Source: an uncultured Pseudomonadota bacterium
GTDB lineage: Bacteria; BMS3Abin14
Assembly: GCA_964454175.1 (NCBI GenBank)
Contig: CAYVSA010000001.1
Coordinates: forward strand, 1 to 64,000
Length of the DNA: 64,000 nt
Reading direction: 5' to 3'
The notes under the pieces are model-generated. The model was given only the letters and a program-made list of their open reading frames with translations, was not told where the DNA came from and ran no database searches. Shown piece by piece: positions 28,670 to 38,017 of the stretch (position 1 is its first letter; the number at the start of each line of letters is the position of its first letter). The translations under genes and the position numbers were made by a program.

Positions 28670-29314
28670 CTACTCGTTTGCAAGCTGGAATGCCAGACCC
28701 TCCAGGTCGATGGCAAAATCAACATTTCTCAGTATCGTTCCTGGCGGTACCTTGAGGGTAGCCGGAGTAAAGTTAAGTATGCCTTTTATGCCTGCATCAA
28801 CAAGTTGATGGGCAACCTGGAAGGCGTTTTCCGGGTTTACCGCGATTATTCCTATCCTGATGCCCAACTCTTCCACAACGCGCCTCATCTTGTCCATGGA
28901 AAAGAGGGGGATATCCTTGAATGAACCCATCTCAACGAGTATGGGATCCTGCTCGAATATCGCCGCAATTTCAAATCCTCTCTTGGCCAGGGAATCGGTT
29001 CCGAGGAGTGCGAATCCCAGGTTTCCTGCTCCCACCAGAGCACAGCTCCAGGATCTGTCTATGCCGAGGGCCCTCTTGATATCCTCCTGAAGGTTCTCCA
29101 CGTAGTACCCTACACCCCTGACCCCGAACTCGCCGAAATATGCAAAATCCTTCCTGATCTGAGCCGGGTTGGTCCCGCATTTTCGGGCAATGTCAGAGGA
29201 GGAAATGATCCTCTGTCCCGACTTCTGAACCTCCTCAAGGCACCTGTCGTAAAGGGAGAGGCGCCTTATAGTCGCTTCCGGGATCTTAACCCTGCTGACT
29301 TTTCTAAATACCAT
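28670..29314 (-). CDS. rex: Redox-sensing transcriptional repressor Rex
   Basis: IPEATIRRLSLY, QIRKDFAYFGEFGVRGVGY, GAGNLG, GILNFTP. Confidence 0.96.
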   Translation of the reverse strand: MVFRKVSRVKIPEATIRRLSLYDRCLEEVQKSGQRIISSSDIARKCGTNPAQIRKDFAYFGEFGVRGVGYYVENLQEDIKRALGIDRSWSCALVGAGNLGFALLGTDSLAKRGFEIAAIFEQDPILVEMGSFKDIPLFSMDKMRRVVEELGIRIGIIAVNPENAFQVAHQLVDAGIKGILNFTPATLKVPPGTILRNVDFAIDLEGLAFQLANE

Positions 29315-30668
29315 TTCTCACCTGCCTTGTAAGTTGCATAGCATTATCCAGGTCACTGCTGACTTTTTCCAGCACTTTCATAGTATAGCTGTAATTGTGG
29401 ACCGGCACTCCGGCTTCGACAAAGGAGAGGTCGTTCCTGCTTTCAGACAGAAGCCTGCTGGCTTCATCCTTTCGATCTGATTGCGCCATGGAGGAGATGC
29501 CGGTATCGGCACTGCGAATCCTGGCCCGCACCGCGGCTATGGTTCTTGCCAGTTCATCACTCCAGGAAAGGAGCAGGTCCCCGCGACCAGTCTCATGGCA
29601 AAGTTCGCACCTTTTGCCGTCGGCCCTCATGCCGGGTTTGGCGGAATCGGTGCCGGACCCCTCCCTGGCGGCAGGTCCGTGACATGCCACGCATTCTACT
29701 CCAGCGAGATACATTGGGGATGGTTCGGGCTCTACACCGGATATCCCTTCTCCGCCGTATAGCGACATGATGGCCCTGTGCCCGCCGCCATGACAGAGGA
29801 CGCAGCCGTTTTCAAGAACGACTCTCTGCTCCGGAAGCTGATGGCGTATAACGCTGTGGCATTCGCTGCACTCTACCTTGTGATCGGTTACGTGGCGTCT
29901 GTGAATGGTCTCGACGGATTCAGATGCTGTGACTTTGCCTGTCCTGCTGTGGCAGTCGGCGCAGTTCTCGTACAGGACATCGCCGCTTCCCTGGACAATG
30001 TCCAGGTGGCAGTAGCGGCAGTCTACTGATCTTTCCATAAAATCGGTGTGATCCAGCTTTCCGCCGGCATATTCCACAGGGTTTTCCGGCGGAGTGTGGC
30101 AAAGGGTACACGTGGCGGTGGGGGGATTGTTCTCGAACCCTTTGAAATGGCAAATAAAGCAGGCGCTTTCAGCAACGGTCATGTGATCTCCCATGGCGAT
30201 ATGGGAGTGACACGTGGTACAGCGCAGTATCTTGCCACGGCTTAATTTCTGCATGTGGGGTTTGTGATCGAAAATAACGCCTTCCTTGTAAACGACCTGA
30301 CCCTCCAGCAGCCTGCCGGAATGGCATTCTGTCTGCAGGCAGTTAGCGTCCAGGACCTCTGCCCTGGTTCTTTCGCCATATGTGCGGGTGAAATAGCTGC
30401 CGAGCTGCATAAAAGCGCGGAACCTGGGCATCAGGTGGCCGTCCTCATCAGGCCGGGTGTGGCACTGGACGCAGGGTACATTGTTGTGAGTCGATCCCTT
30501 CCAGTCTTGGTAATAGTGCTTCATGACGTGGCAGGTGTTGCCGCAAAATACCGCGGTTTCAGTCACCTTCAGAGTTGCCCACGTTGAGAAGAACAGCAGC
30601 GCCAGGACAATGAGAAGAACTTCATAGAAGCGAAGCTTCCCGAGAAATTTAACTCCCCTCTCTTTCAT
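29304..30668 (-). CDS. Membrane-anchored multiheme cytochrome c (NapC/NirT-like N-terminus)
   Basis: N-terminal TM helix; 10 CxxCH plus atypical CGNTCH and CLQTECH. Confidence 0.9.
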   Translation of the reverse strand: MKERGVKFLGKLRFYEVLLIVLALLFFSTWATLKVTETAVFCGNTCHVMKHYYQDWKGSTHNNVPCVQCHTRPDEDGHLMPRFRAFMQLGSYFTRTYGERTRAEVLDANCLQTECHSGRLLEGQVVYKEGVIFDHKPHMQKLSRGKILRCTTCHSHIAMGDHMTVAESACFICHFKGFENNPPTATCTLCHTPPENPVEYAGGKLDHTDFMERSVDCRYCHLDIVQGSGDVLYENCADCHSRTGKVTASESVETIHRRHVTDHKVECSECHSVIRHQLPEQRVVLENGCVLCHGGGHRAIMSLYGGEGISGVEPEPSPMYLAGVECVACHGPAAREGSGTDSAKPGMRADGKRCELCHETGRGDLLLSWSDELARTIAAVRARIRSADTGISSMAQSDRKDEASRLLSESRNDLSFVEAGVPVHNYSYTMKVLEKVSSDLDNAMQLTRQVRNGI

Positions 30669-30760
30669 GACTGCCCTCTGACCGGGTCTTTACAGGCTGG
30701 AATCTCGCTGTATAACAGGCCCGGTAAAGTCGAGATTGTGAATAACCCGACAGTTTGAGA

Positions 30761-30789
30761 AGATTAGCACAGGTCACCTTTGGTGTCAA
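30761..30789 (-). promoter_or_regulatory. Sigma70-type promoter for the cytochrome-rex unit
   Basis: Minus strand TTGACA-N17-TAATCT with TG extension. Confidence 0.6.
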
Positions 30790-30872
30790 TTAACATGCGG
30801 GTTTCACTAACATCGTGCCAGCAATATTAACCCCATACAGGCAAAGTTTAAGATACATCTGGGTACAAGTCC

Positions 30873-31742
30873 TCATCGGATCTCCATGAGGGCAGAGTAG
30901 ATGATAAAGAGGACCATGGTCAGCCCGAGACCATAGGCCGCAAAACCTGCGATCCGTGACCAGATAACGGTGGTTCGGGTTGGCGGATCTGTTGTCAGAT
31001 CTTCCAGTTTGCCCGCTTCAACAAGCCTTCTGTACTCTGCGGGTCTTTCGTGGACCAGTTCTTCCTCGGTTATCCTGCCCGTGAAGATGACATTGTCCAG
31101 GGGGAACTTCTCGGGGCGAAGGTGGGTATTGAAAAAATGTACCGTGAATATGAAGCCTGCCGCCAGCAGTGCCTCATCGGAATGCAATATAATAGAGACG
31201 TTAAAAGCCCAGCCAGGAAGGAACTTTGAGAAGAACTCCGGGAACCATAGAGTCAGCCCTGAAAAACCGATTATCCCGACACCCCAGAAGACAGCGAGGT
31301 AGTCAAATTTCTCCCAGTATGTGAACCTGTCAAAATCAGGCCTGCTGCCCTTGCCGAGGAACCACCTGAAATGCCCGATGATATCTTCAAGATCTTTTTT
31401 CCAGGGCATCATGGAATTAGGCCCTGTCAGGAAGGCAAAGAAGGGCTCCTCCCGAAGGCAGACAATATAATAGGCTGCCCATGCGAGGTGCAGCGTGAAG
31501 TAAACGAATGTAATGAAGCCGCAGACGCGGTGGATATAACCTGCAGTCTGGATGCCGCCCAGAAAAAGCGCAAAGGTCCTGGCCCAGGCAGCCTCACTGT
31601 ACTTTAAGGGCATGCCGGTCAGGACCAGACCCATGAAACTGATGATTATCAGGGCGTGCAGAAATCGGTGGTAGTATTGGAACCGGAGGTAGTAAATGGG
31701 GTTTTTCTCCCCGTTCCGGAGGTCGTTTGCATAATTTATCAT
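30873..31742 (-). CDS. Diheme cytochrome b membrane subunit (FdnI/HydC-like, CbcL C-terminal type)
   Basis: HRFLH, LTGMPLK, IHR, RFTYWEKFDYLAVFWG, HSDEALLA...HFFNTH. Confidence 0.88.
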   Translation of the reverse strand: MINYANDLRNGEKNPIYYLRFQYYHRFLHALIIISFMGLVLTGMPLKYSEAAWARTFALFLGGIQTAGYIHRVCGFITFVYFTLHLAWAAYYIVCLREEPFFAFLTGPNSMMPWKKDLEDIIGHFRWFLGKGSRPDFDRFTYWEKFDYLAVFWGVGIIGFSGLTLWFPEFFSKFLPGWAFNVSIILHSDEALLAAGFIFTVHFFNTHLRPEKFPLDNVIFTGRITEEELVHERPAEYRRLVEAGKLEDLTTDPPTRTTVIWSRIAGFAAYGLGLTMVLFIIYSALMEIR

Positions 31743-31762
31743 TTCGTCCTCCCGCCTGTATT

Positions 31763-32959
31763 TCAGTTCAAATTATCTTTTTTCCTCTCTTCGATGTGCC
31801 CCCTCACCAGCCACAGTGCTGTGTGGATACCGAAGAATATGAATACCCCGGAGAGCAGGAGCACCATTGCCAGGTAGAGGTAATAGAGTCCGGGATAATT
31901 TTCCTTGTCGTGGTAATCGGCATGCGGAAGGTATTTGACGAAGTTGGCGTTGGCCCCAGGGTGGCAAACCCCGCAGGTTTTGACCAGGTTGCCGGGATGG
32001 ACCATTGATTCATTGTCATCCCTTGGCAGGATGTTGTGAGCTCCGTGGCAGTCTGGACATTGGGCGGCTTTCGAATACCCCATGCCCGTCACCTGCCCGT
32101 GGTAGGTGTTCTTGAAGGTGTCACTCTCCTTTTCGTGACAGCCTGAGCACCGCCTGGTCACTGTAAGCATAAAATCCTTGTCCATGGCACGGTCTACCTT
32201 GTGAGCACCGTGACAGGAGATACAGGTTGGTGCCTCCTGGCTGCCCTCGGTGAACGCACTGCCATGGACACTGGAATTGTAAACGTTCACTATGCCGGCG
32301 TGGCACGAACTGCAGGTGGTATTGATCCTGTTTCTGTGGGTCATTGCCCTCTCATCGTCTGCGGAATAGATGTTGTGGCTGCCGTGGCAGTCATTGCATA
32401 CGGCCGAAAAGATCATGCCGCTCCTGAAAAGAACGATGCCGTGCATGCCCTCCTCGAAATCGGAGCACACGTCAGATCTGAGAGCAGGATGTCTTTCGAG
32501 GATCTCAGGGCTGTCGTGACAGGTGCAGCATGTTGCCGGCAAGTTCAGCTCATAGGCTCTGGATTGGACGTTGCTGGTTGGCAAAATGTCGTGCTTGCCG
32601 TGGCAGCTGGAGCAGACCGGCAGGTCCGTCCGGGTCCGCGCATTCCCTGGCGAGTGGTCGCTTACCCTGAATTTGGCGACCATGTCGTCATGGCAGCGGC
32701 CGCAGTCTACAGCTTCCACTTCCTCATCGTGTTCATCTTCAGCGTCTTCCAGTTGAACATGACAGTCTGTACAGTCCAGGTCCCCGTGTATCGATCGGGA
32801 GAAGACATCCTCATCTATAAACAGAGAAAGCTCCTCCCCATCTACTTCTTTTGTGAGTGTGTCATCAGAATGACAGTCGAAGCAATCTGAGGTGGTCAGG
32901 GCCTGGGCCGGAGCGTAAAGAAGAAGTATGGCCACCGACAGAATAAACGCATATCTCAT
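31763..32959 (-). CDS. Periplasmic multiheme cytochrome c with C-terminal TM anchor
   Basis: Signal peptide, 11 CxxCH motifs, C-terminal helix ending FFGIHTALW. Confidence 0.92.
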   Translation of the reverse strand: MRYAFILSVAILLLYAPAQALTTSDCFDCHSDDTLTKEVDGEELSLFIDEDVFSRSIHGDLDCTDCHVQLEDAEDEHDEEVEAVDCGRCHDDMVAKFRVSDHSPGNARTRTDLPVCSSCHGKHDILPTSNVQSRAYELNLPATCCTCHDSPEILERHPALRSDVCSDFEEGMHGIVLFRSGMIFSAVCNDCHGSHNIYSADDERAMTHRNRINTTCSSCHAGIVNVYNSSVHGSAFTEGSQEAPTCISCHGAHKVDRAMDKDFMLTVTRRCSGCHEKESDTFKNTYHGQVTGMGYSKAAQCPDCHGAHNILPRDDNESMVHPGNLVKTCGVCHPGANANFVKYLPHADYHDKENYPGLYYLYLAMVLLLSGVFIFFGIHTALWLVRGHIEERKKDNLN

Positions 32960-33039
32960 TTTGCCCCCCTTCAGAACTTGATCGCGCTGGGCGCCGGATC
33001 GCTTGATAAAGTGTTAACTTTCACAAGTTCAAGCGAAAC

Positions 33040-33069
33040 AAAAGGGGAGGGTGTTGTGCTCCTCCCCTT
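33040..33069 (-). terminator. Intrinsic terminator after atpE
   Basis: Minus strand aaggggagg...cctccccttttgttt. Confidence 0.8.
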
Positions 33070-33074
33070 GGGGT

Positions 33075-33419
33075 CTACAGTTTAAACAGGAGCATCAGGG
33101 AAATAACCAGAGAGTAGATAACCAGTGACTCGATGAGAGCCAGACCGATGATCATGGTCGTCATAATCTTTCCTGAAGCACCGGGGTTCCTGGCAATACC
33201 CTCCATGGCTCCCCTGATAGCGATGCCCTGACCAATACCGCCGCCTAAAGCAGCGATGCTGACACAAAGAGCAGAGCCAAGCGCTAAGGCGAAGCCAATA
33301 TTTCCGGGTTGAACGTCAACTCCAGCTGCCTGCGCTCCTTCCTCAGCTGCAAGGGCGAGCGGCGCCAAAGCTAGCACAACGATGGCCGCCAGAAGTGATA
33401 TGGCGATCTTCTTCTTCAT
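33075..33419 (-). CDS. atpE: ATP synthase F0 subunit c
   Basis: GGGIGQG, IARNP, LIESLVIY; N-terminal leader-like extension; start at MKKKIA after GGAGG. Confidence 0.95.
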   Translation of the reverse strand: MKKKIAISLLAAIVVLALAPLALAAEEGAQAAGVDVQPGNIGFALALGSALCVSIAALGGGIGQGIAIRGAMEGIARNPGASGKIMTTMIIGLALIESLVIYSLVISLMLLFKL

Positions 33420-33480
33420 GGATGCACTCCTCCTTTCCAAGATTCTATTCATATATATCAATCAGCATAAAAAGGCCAGC

Positions 33481-34194
33481 TTAATGAGCCTCCTCCAGTG
33501 CTCCAGTGATGTAAATGATAGAGAGAAGAGTAAATACGAAAGCCTGGATAAGGGCAACGAATATGCCTAGACCCATAAAAATTACGGGTATGAAAAGAGG
33601 CACAAGGCTGACAAAGATAGCAAGGAGCAGATGGTCTCCGAACATGTTGCCGAAAAGGCGGAATGAAAGGCTCACGATCCTTGCAAAATGTCCGATGAGC
33701 TCAACGATTATCATGAGAGGGGCCAGCCACAGGACCGGGCCCATAAAGTGCTTAATGTAGCTTGCCCCGTGGGTTTTAATTCCCACATAGTGGGTGGATA
33801 AAAAGATCACCAGAGCACAGGCAATGTTGGTATTCAGGTTGCTGGTGGGCGGTTCGAAGCCCGGGATGGTTCCCAGTAGATTTGAAAAGAGGATGAAAAA
33901 GGCTGTTGTCCCGATGAGGGGCAGGAAACGTCTTGCGTTTTCACCCATGAGTTGTTCCATGAAATCAAGGAGCAGCTTGACCCCCAGTTCCAGGAGGTTC
34001 GGTATGCTGAAGGTGCGGCCCTCAGGCATTACCCTGCCGCTTTTAAGTGAGCGATTAATTAGAATTGCTGCTCCTATGAGCAACAGGGAGACCAGGGCTG
34101 CGTGCATCACGGGCGCGGCATCAAGGCCCTCGATCTTCTCCAGGGCGTGTGCAATGGGTGTGTGTTCCAGATATATGAAAGATTCAGCTACCAT
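33481..34194 (-). CDS. atpB: ATP synthase F0 subunit a
   Basis: NLLGTIPG, PTSNLN, SLSFRLFGNM, IQAFVFTLLS. Confidence 0.96.
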   Translation of the reverse strand: MVAESFIYLEHTPIAHALEKIEGLDAAPVMHAALVSLLLIGAAILINRSLKSGRVMPEGRTFSIPNLLELGVKLLLDFMEQLMGENARRFLPLIGTTAFFILFSNLLGTIPGFEPPTSNLNTNIACALVIFLSTHYVGIKTHGASYIKHFMGPVLWLAPLMIIVELIGHFARIVSLSFRLFGNMFGDHLLLAIFVSLVPLFIPVIFMGLGIFVALIQAFVFTLLSIIYITGALEEAH

Positions 34195-34582
34195 CAGTGC
34201 TCCCGTTTTTCTTTTTGTTCCCCGGGAAGATCAGAAAGTCAGCAATCAGGCCTGCCGGCAGGACCAGAAGTCCGATTACCAGACCCAGGTATGAACCAAT
34301 TTTCCAGTGCATGAATCCAGCTATAATACCTGCAGTAAGGGCAAGTTTGGTTAGGTAGATCAACCCGTAAACCGCTCTTGCCAGAACCCCACCGGTAAAA
34401 AATGAGCCTACGACCTTCTCTGTGCCAAGAAGGTTCAAGATGATCAGGAAACCGCCCGCCATGACACCCTTGGTATATGGCGGTTTTCCCAGTATGAGAA
34501 AAAACAGTGCGGCTCCAAGCGTCAGTACCACGACCCAGAACTTGAGCCGCCTGAGCCTTCCACCGTCAGGGTGGGAATTCAA
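34184..34582 (-). CDS. atpI: ATP synthase protein I (four TM)
   Basis: Hydrophobic 132-aa protein directly upstream of atpB. Confidence 0.75.
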   Translation of the reverse strand: MNSHPDGGRLRRLKFWVVVLTLGAALFFLILGKPPYTKGVMAGGFLIILNLLGTEKVVGSFFTGGVLARAVYGLIYLTKLALTAGIIAGFMHWKIGSYLGLVIGLLVLPAGLIADFLIFPGNKKKNGSTDGS

Positions 34583-34812
34583 TCTTTCGCTTCTTCCTCT
34601 TCTTCGAACACTGAGCCGCGAACGGCTTTTATGAGAGCCCGCCCCGCGGCAACGAAACCTAAGATCATGAAGAGCAGAGTCAGCCAGGGATCAGTGCCCA
34701 GCTTACGGTCCAGAAACATTCCAATAAGGAGGCCTATAACGACTGCCGCCCCCATTTCCAGACCCAGGCTGCTGTACTTTAAAAGATCGTAGAACGCCCG
34801 ACCCTTGGCCAT
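34579..34812 (-). CDS. AtpZ/AtpI family protein
   Basis: SSLGLEMG...G.FLDRKLGTDPW...GFVAA; start at MAKGR after GGAG. Confidence 0.85.
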   Translation of the reverse strand: MAKGRAFYDLLKYSSLGLEMGAAVVIGLLIGMFLDRKLGTDPWLTLLFMILGFVAAGRALIKAVRGSVFEEEEEAKD

Positions 34813-34866
34813 TCGCTCTTCTCCTGCCGGGTCCGGATAATAAACCCTCCCGGGAACACCGCCGAA

Positions 34867-34895
34867 AAGATACAGAGTGACCAAGTGATTGTCAA
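34867..34895 (-). promoter_or_regulatory. Sigma70-type promoter for the atp F0 operon
   Basis: Minus strand TTGACA-N17-TATCTT. Confidence 0.65.
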
Positions 34896-34989
34896 GCAAT
34901 ATGGGGTTACTGACGACCATTTGCAGAGCTTAAACACTCTGGAATCAGCGTGTTTTCAAACGATATAAATTAACGGTCCAGATCACTGA

Positions 34990-36273
34990 TTATAGCATGA
35001 CCTTTTCAATAGCCTTTTCATGCGCTTCTGCAGTTCTCGCAATATCCTCTTCAGTATGCGCCAGGGACACGAAGGCCGCCTCGAACTGTGACGGGGCAAG
35101 ATAAACACCCTCAGAGATCATCGCCATGAAATAGGATCCAAATATCCGGGTATCAGATGCCTTTGCGCCCGCGAAATCTGTAACGGGTCCCGGGTTGAAA
35201 AACGTTGTGAACATGGATCCAACCCTGTTGAAGGCGAGCTTGGCCCCGAGCTTTTTGTTGACGGCGGCCAAGGCCATGGCCAGATCAGATGCCATTTTCT
35301 CCAGGGATTCGTAAGTGCCGGGCCGTTCGAGAATCTCCAGGGTGGCTACTCCTGCTGCCATGGCAAGAGGGTTCCCGGAAAGGGTGCCGGCCTGGTAAAT
35401 GGGCCCTTCCGGTGCCATTTGCGACATGAACCTGGCTTTGCCGCCATAGGCTCCAACGGGAAGGCCTCCCCCAATGATCTTGCCCAGAGTGGTGAGGTCC
35501 GGATCGATGCCGTAAAGCTCCTGGACGCCCCCAAGGGCGACCCTGAACCCGGTCATTACCTCGTCGAAGATGAGCAGGGCCCCCTCGCGGCTGGTTATCT
35601 CCCGAAGACCTTCCAGAAAACCTTTTCCGGGAACCATCACGCCCATGTTGCCGGGTACGGGTTCAACGATCACCGCAGCTATCTGTTCGGGGTTCTGTTC
35701 GAAAAGAGCCTCTACCGATCCCAGGTCGTTGTACTCTGCTATGAGTGTGTTCTTTGCGTAATCTTCGGGTACGCCCGGGCTGTCGGGTACGCCGAGGGTG
35801 AGGGCGCCGGAGCCGGCCCTGACCAGGAGGCCGTCTGCGTGGCCGTGGTAGCATCCGTTGAACTTGATTATTCTGTCCCTGCCTGTTGCCCCCCTTGCAA
35901 GCCTTATAGCGCTCATAGTGGCCTCGGTGCCGGAGTTGACCATCCTGACCATCTCCATGGAAGGAACCGCGGCTATGACTTTACCGGCAAGGGTCAGCTC
36001 CATCTCGGTCGGGGCGCCGTAGCTCGTTCCCCTCCCTGCGGCTTCAATCACTGCGGAGATGACCTCCCCATTGGCATGTCCCACTATCATTGGTCCCCAG
36101 GACCCCACGTAGTCGATATAGGTGTTGCCGTCAACATCCTCGATCTTTGATCCATGCGCCCTGGCAATGAACAGAGGATTGCCCCCTACAGAGCGAAAAG
36201 CCCTGACAGGACTGTTCACTCCACCGGGAATGAGTTTGATGGATTTAGAAAAAAGGTCTGATGATCTGGTCAT
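34990..36273 (-). CDS. hemL: Glutamate-1-semialdehyde 2,1-aminomutase
   Basis: [53 protein letters not shown]. Confidence 0.98.
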   Translation of the reverse strand: MTRSSDLFSKSIKLIPGGVNSPVRAFRSVGGNPLFIARAHGSKIEDVDGNTYIDYVGSWGPMIVGHANGEVISAVIEAAGRGTSYGAPTEMELTLAGKVIAAVPSMEMVRMVNSGTEATMSAIRLARGATGRDRIIKFNGCYHGHADGLLVRAGSGALTLGVPDSPGVPEDYAKNTLIAEYNDLGSVEALFEQNPEQIAAVIVEPVPGNMGVMVPGKGFLEGLREITSREGALLIFDEVMTGFRVALGGVQELYGIDPDLTTLGKIIGGGLPVGAYGGKARFMSQMAPEGPIYQAGTLSGNPLAMAAGVATLEILERPGTYESLEKMASDLAMALAAVNKKLGAKLAFNRVGSMFTTFFNPGPVTDFAGAKASDTRIFGSYFMAMISEGVYLAPSQFEAAFVSLAHTEEDIARTAEAHEKAIEKVML

Positions 36274-36319
36274 GAAGCGGCTCCTTTAATAAAAAAACCC
36301 TTTAAAATTAATGGTTTTC

Positions 36320-36348
36320 CATCTAGCATAGAGCAGTTTGACTGTCAA
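36320..36348 (-). promoter_or_regulatory. Sigma70-type promoter for hemL
   Basis: Minus strand TTGACA-N17-TAGATG with TG extension. Confidence 0.5.
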
Positions 36349-36405
36349 GTACCAAGTGTTATTTGCTCCCGGGTACGCAATATTGGTGAAGAAATTCTCT
36401 TTTCA

Positions 36406-36435
36406 TTGACATGTCAGGTGATTTTCGTGTATAGA
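36406..36435 (+). promoter_or_regulatory. Sigma70-type promoter for the nuo operon
   Basis: TTGACA-N18-TATAGA. Confidence 0.5.
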
Positions 36436-36575
36436 CTTGCATCTGAATAAGTACTGCCTGCATACATTATACTGAATACATTAGAGTTTTTGAGTAGCCT
36501 GGCTGTACAGTCCGGTTGAACTGGGGGGGCGGCATCCATGGTTGACGCGGCCTCCACGAGGGATTGGCTCGAGCG

Positions 36576-36950
36576 ATGCAAGAAGATCTAATTCTTGGTT
36601 ACCTGCCCATATTCATTTTCCTGATAATTGTCGCGGGCATGGGGTCCATGATGATCATGGTCTCGGCGATAATTGGAAGGAAAAACCCCTCAAAAGAAAA
36701 GCTATCCACCTACGAATGCGGAATGACTCCGACTAAGGACGCTCGCAGAAGACTGGACATCCGCTTTTACCTGATCGCCATGCTATTTATCCTTTTCGAT
36801 ATCGAGGTAGTCTTCCTATATCCATGGGCTATCCTCTTTGACCGATTTGACCCCATCGTCTTCGGGTTCATCGAGATGGTAATGTTTATCATCGTCCTGC
36901 TCTTCGGGTACATCTATGTGTGGAGGAAGGGTGCGCTTAACTGGTCATGA
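36576..36950 (+). CDS. nuoA: NADH-quinone oxidoreductase subunit A
   Basis: [36 protein letters not shown]. Confidence 0.96.
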   Translation: MQEDLILGYLPIFIFLIIVAGMGSMMIMVSAIIGRKNPSKEKLSTYECGMTPTKDARRRLDIRFYLIAMLFILFDIEVVFLYPWAILFDRFDPIVFGFIEMVMFIIVLLFGYIYVWRKGALNWS

Positions 36951-37498
36951 AGAAGAATCGCAGCAGTTTTTCCAGAGGTCCGTTACCCACAGAAGATAAT
37001 ATCCTCCTGACTACAGTCAGCGCGGTGATGAACTGGGCTCAGCGCTCGTCCGTCTGGCCGCTTCAGTTCGGCCTGGCTTGCTGTGCCATCGAGATGATAG
37101 CCGTGGGATGCGCAAGATACGATATTGCAAGGTTCGGCGCAGAGGTTTTCAGGGCCTCCCCCAGGCAGGCCGACCTGATGATAGTTGCCGGCACTGTAAC
37201 CAACAAGATGGCGCCCGTTGTAAAAAAGCTCTACGATCAGATGTCCGAGCCCAAGTGGGTGCTGGCCATGGGAAGCTGCGCTACCTGCGGTGGTATCTTT
37301 CAGACCTACAGCGTGGTACCCGGTGTTAACCGTATCATACCGGTAGACGTTTACGTTCCTGGGTGCCCCCCAAGGCCCGAGGCCCTGCTCCACGGCCTTA
37401 TGACCCTTCAGAACAAGATCGACAGCCAGGTCCATTTCCGCGCTGCGCCGCTGGATCTCAAGCCGGGTTTCAGGGGCCCCGGAATAAAGGATGACTGA
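36947..37498 (+). CDS. nuoB: NADH-quinone oxidoreductase subunit B
   Basis: [32 protein letters not shown]. Confidence 0.97.
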   Translation: MKKNRSSFSRGPLPTEDNILLTTVSAVMNWAQRSSVWPLQFGLACCAIEMIAVGCARYDIARFGAEVFRASPRQADLMIVAGTVTNKMAPVVKKLYDQMSEPKWVLAMGSCATCGGIFQTYSVVPGVNRIIPVDVYVPGCPPRPEALLHGLMTLQNKIDSQVHFRAAPLDLKPGFRGPGIKDD

Positions 37499-37501
37499 GA
37501 G

Positions 37502-38008
37502 ATGACTGTAGGTTGGAATAGACAGAATTTCTCAGGGGACAGCCCCGGAGAACACCCCGCTGTAAAGGCCATCGAAGAGAATTTCCCCGCGGCATTCATT
37601 GAGTCCGGATCCTTCAGGGGTGAAGTGTGGGCGGTAGTAAAACCTGAAAAATGCAGAGCTGTCCTGCACTTCCTGGCAGAGGAGCCATCGCTCTCCTTTA
37701 ATTACCTGTCCGACCTGACGGCCGTACACGAACCCCGCAAAGACGAACAATTCGAAATAGTATACCAGGTGTATTCCCTGTCAAGGCACTCCCGCTTCAG
37801 GGTCAAAACAAGGCTCGAAGAGGGCATGGAGGCCGACAGCGTTGTCTCCATCTGGCAGGGCGCTAACTGGCTCGAGAGGGAAGTTTACGATAATTTCGGT
37901 GTAGTTTTTTCCGGTCATCCCGACCTGAGGAGGATCATGAATCCTGAAGGTTTCGACGGCCACCCTCTGAGGAAAGATTTTCCCGTCGGCGGACGGGTGA
38001 AATGGTGA
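37502..38008 (+). CDS. nuoC: NADH-quinone oxidoreductase subunit C
   Basis: ANWLEREVYDNFG...GHPDLRRI...GHPLRKDFP. Confidence 0.96.
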   Translation: MTVGWNRQNFSGDSPGEHPAVKAIEENFPAAFIESGSFRGEVWAVVKPEKCRAVLHFLAEEPSLSFNYLSDLTAVHEPRKDEQFEIVYQVYSLSRHSRFRVKTRLEEGMEADSVVSIWQGANWLEREVYDNFGVVFSGHPDLRRIMNPEGFDGHPLRKDFPVGGRVKW

Positions 38009-38017
38009 GGTAGGATC

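Noticed and set aside
33075-34812. F0 genes without atpF/H/A/G/D/C
   Set aside because: Split atp operons are common in Deltaproteobacteria-like genomes, so this is not unusual.
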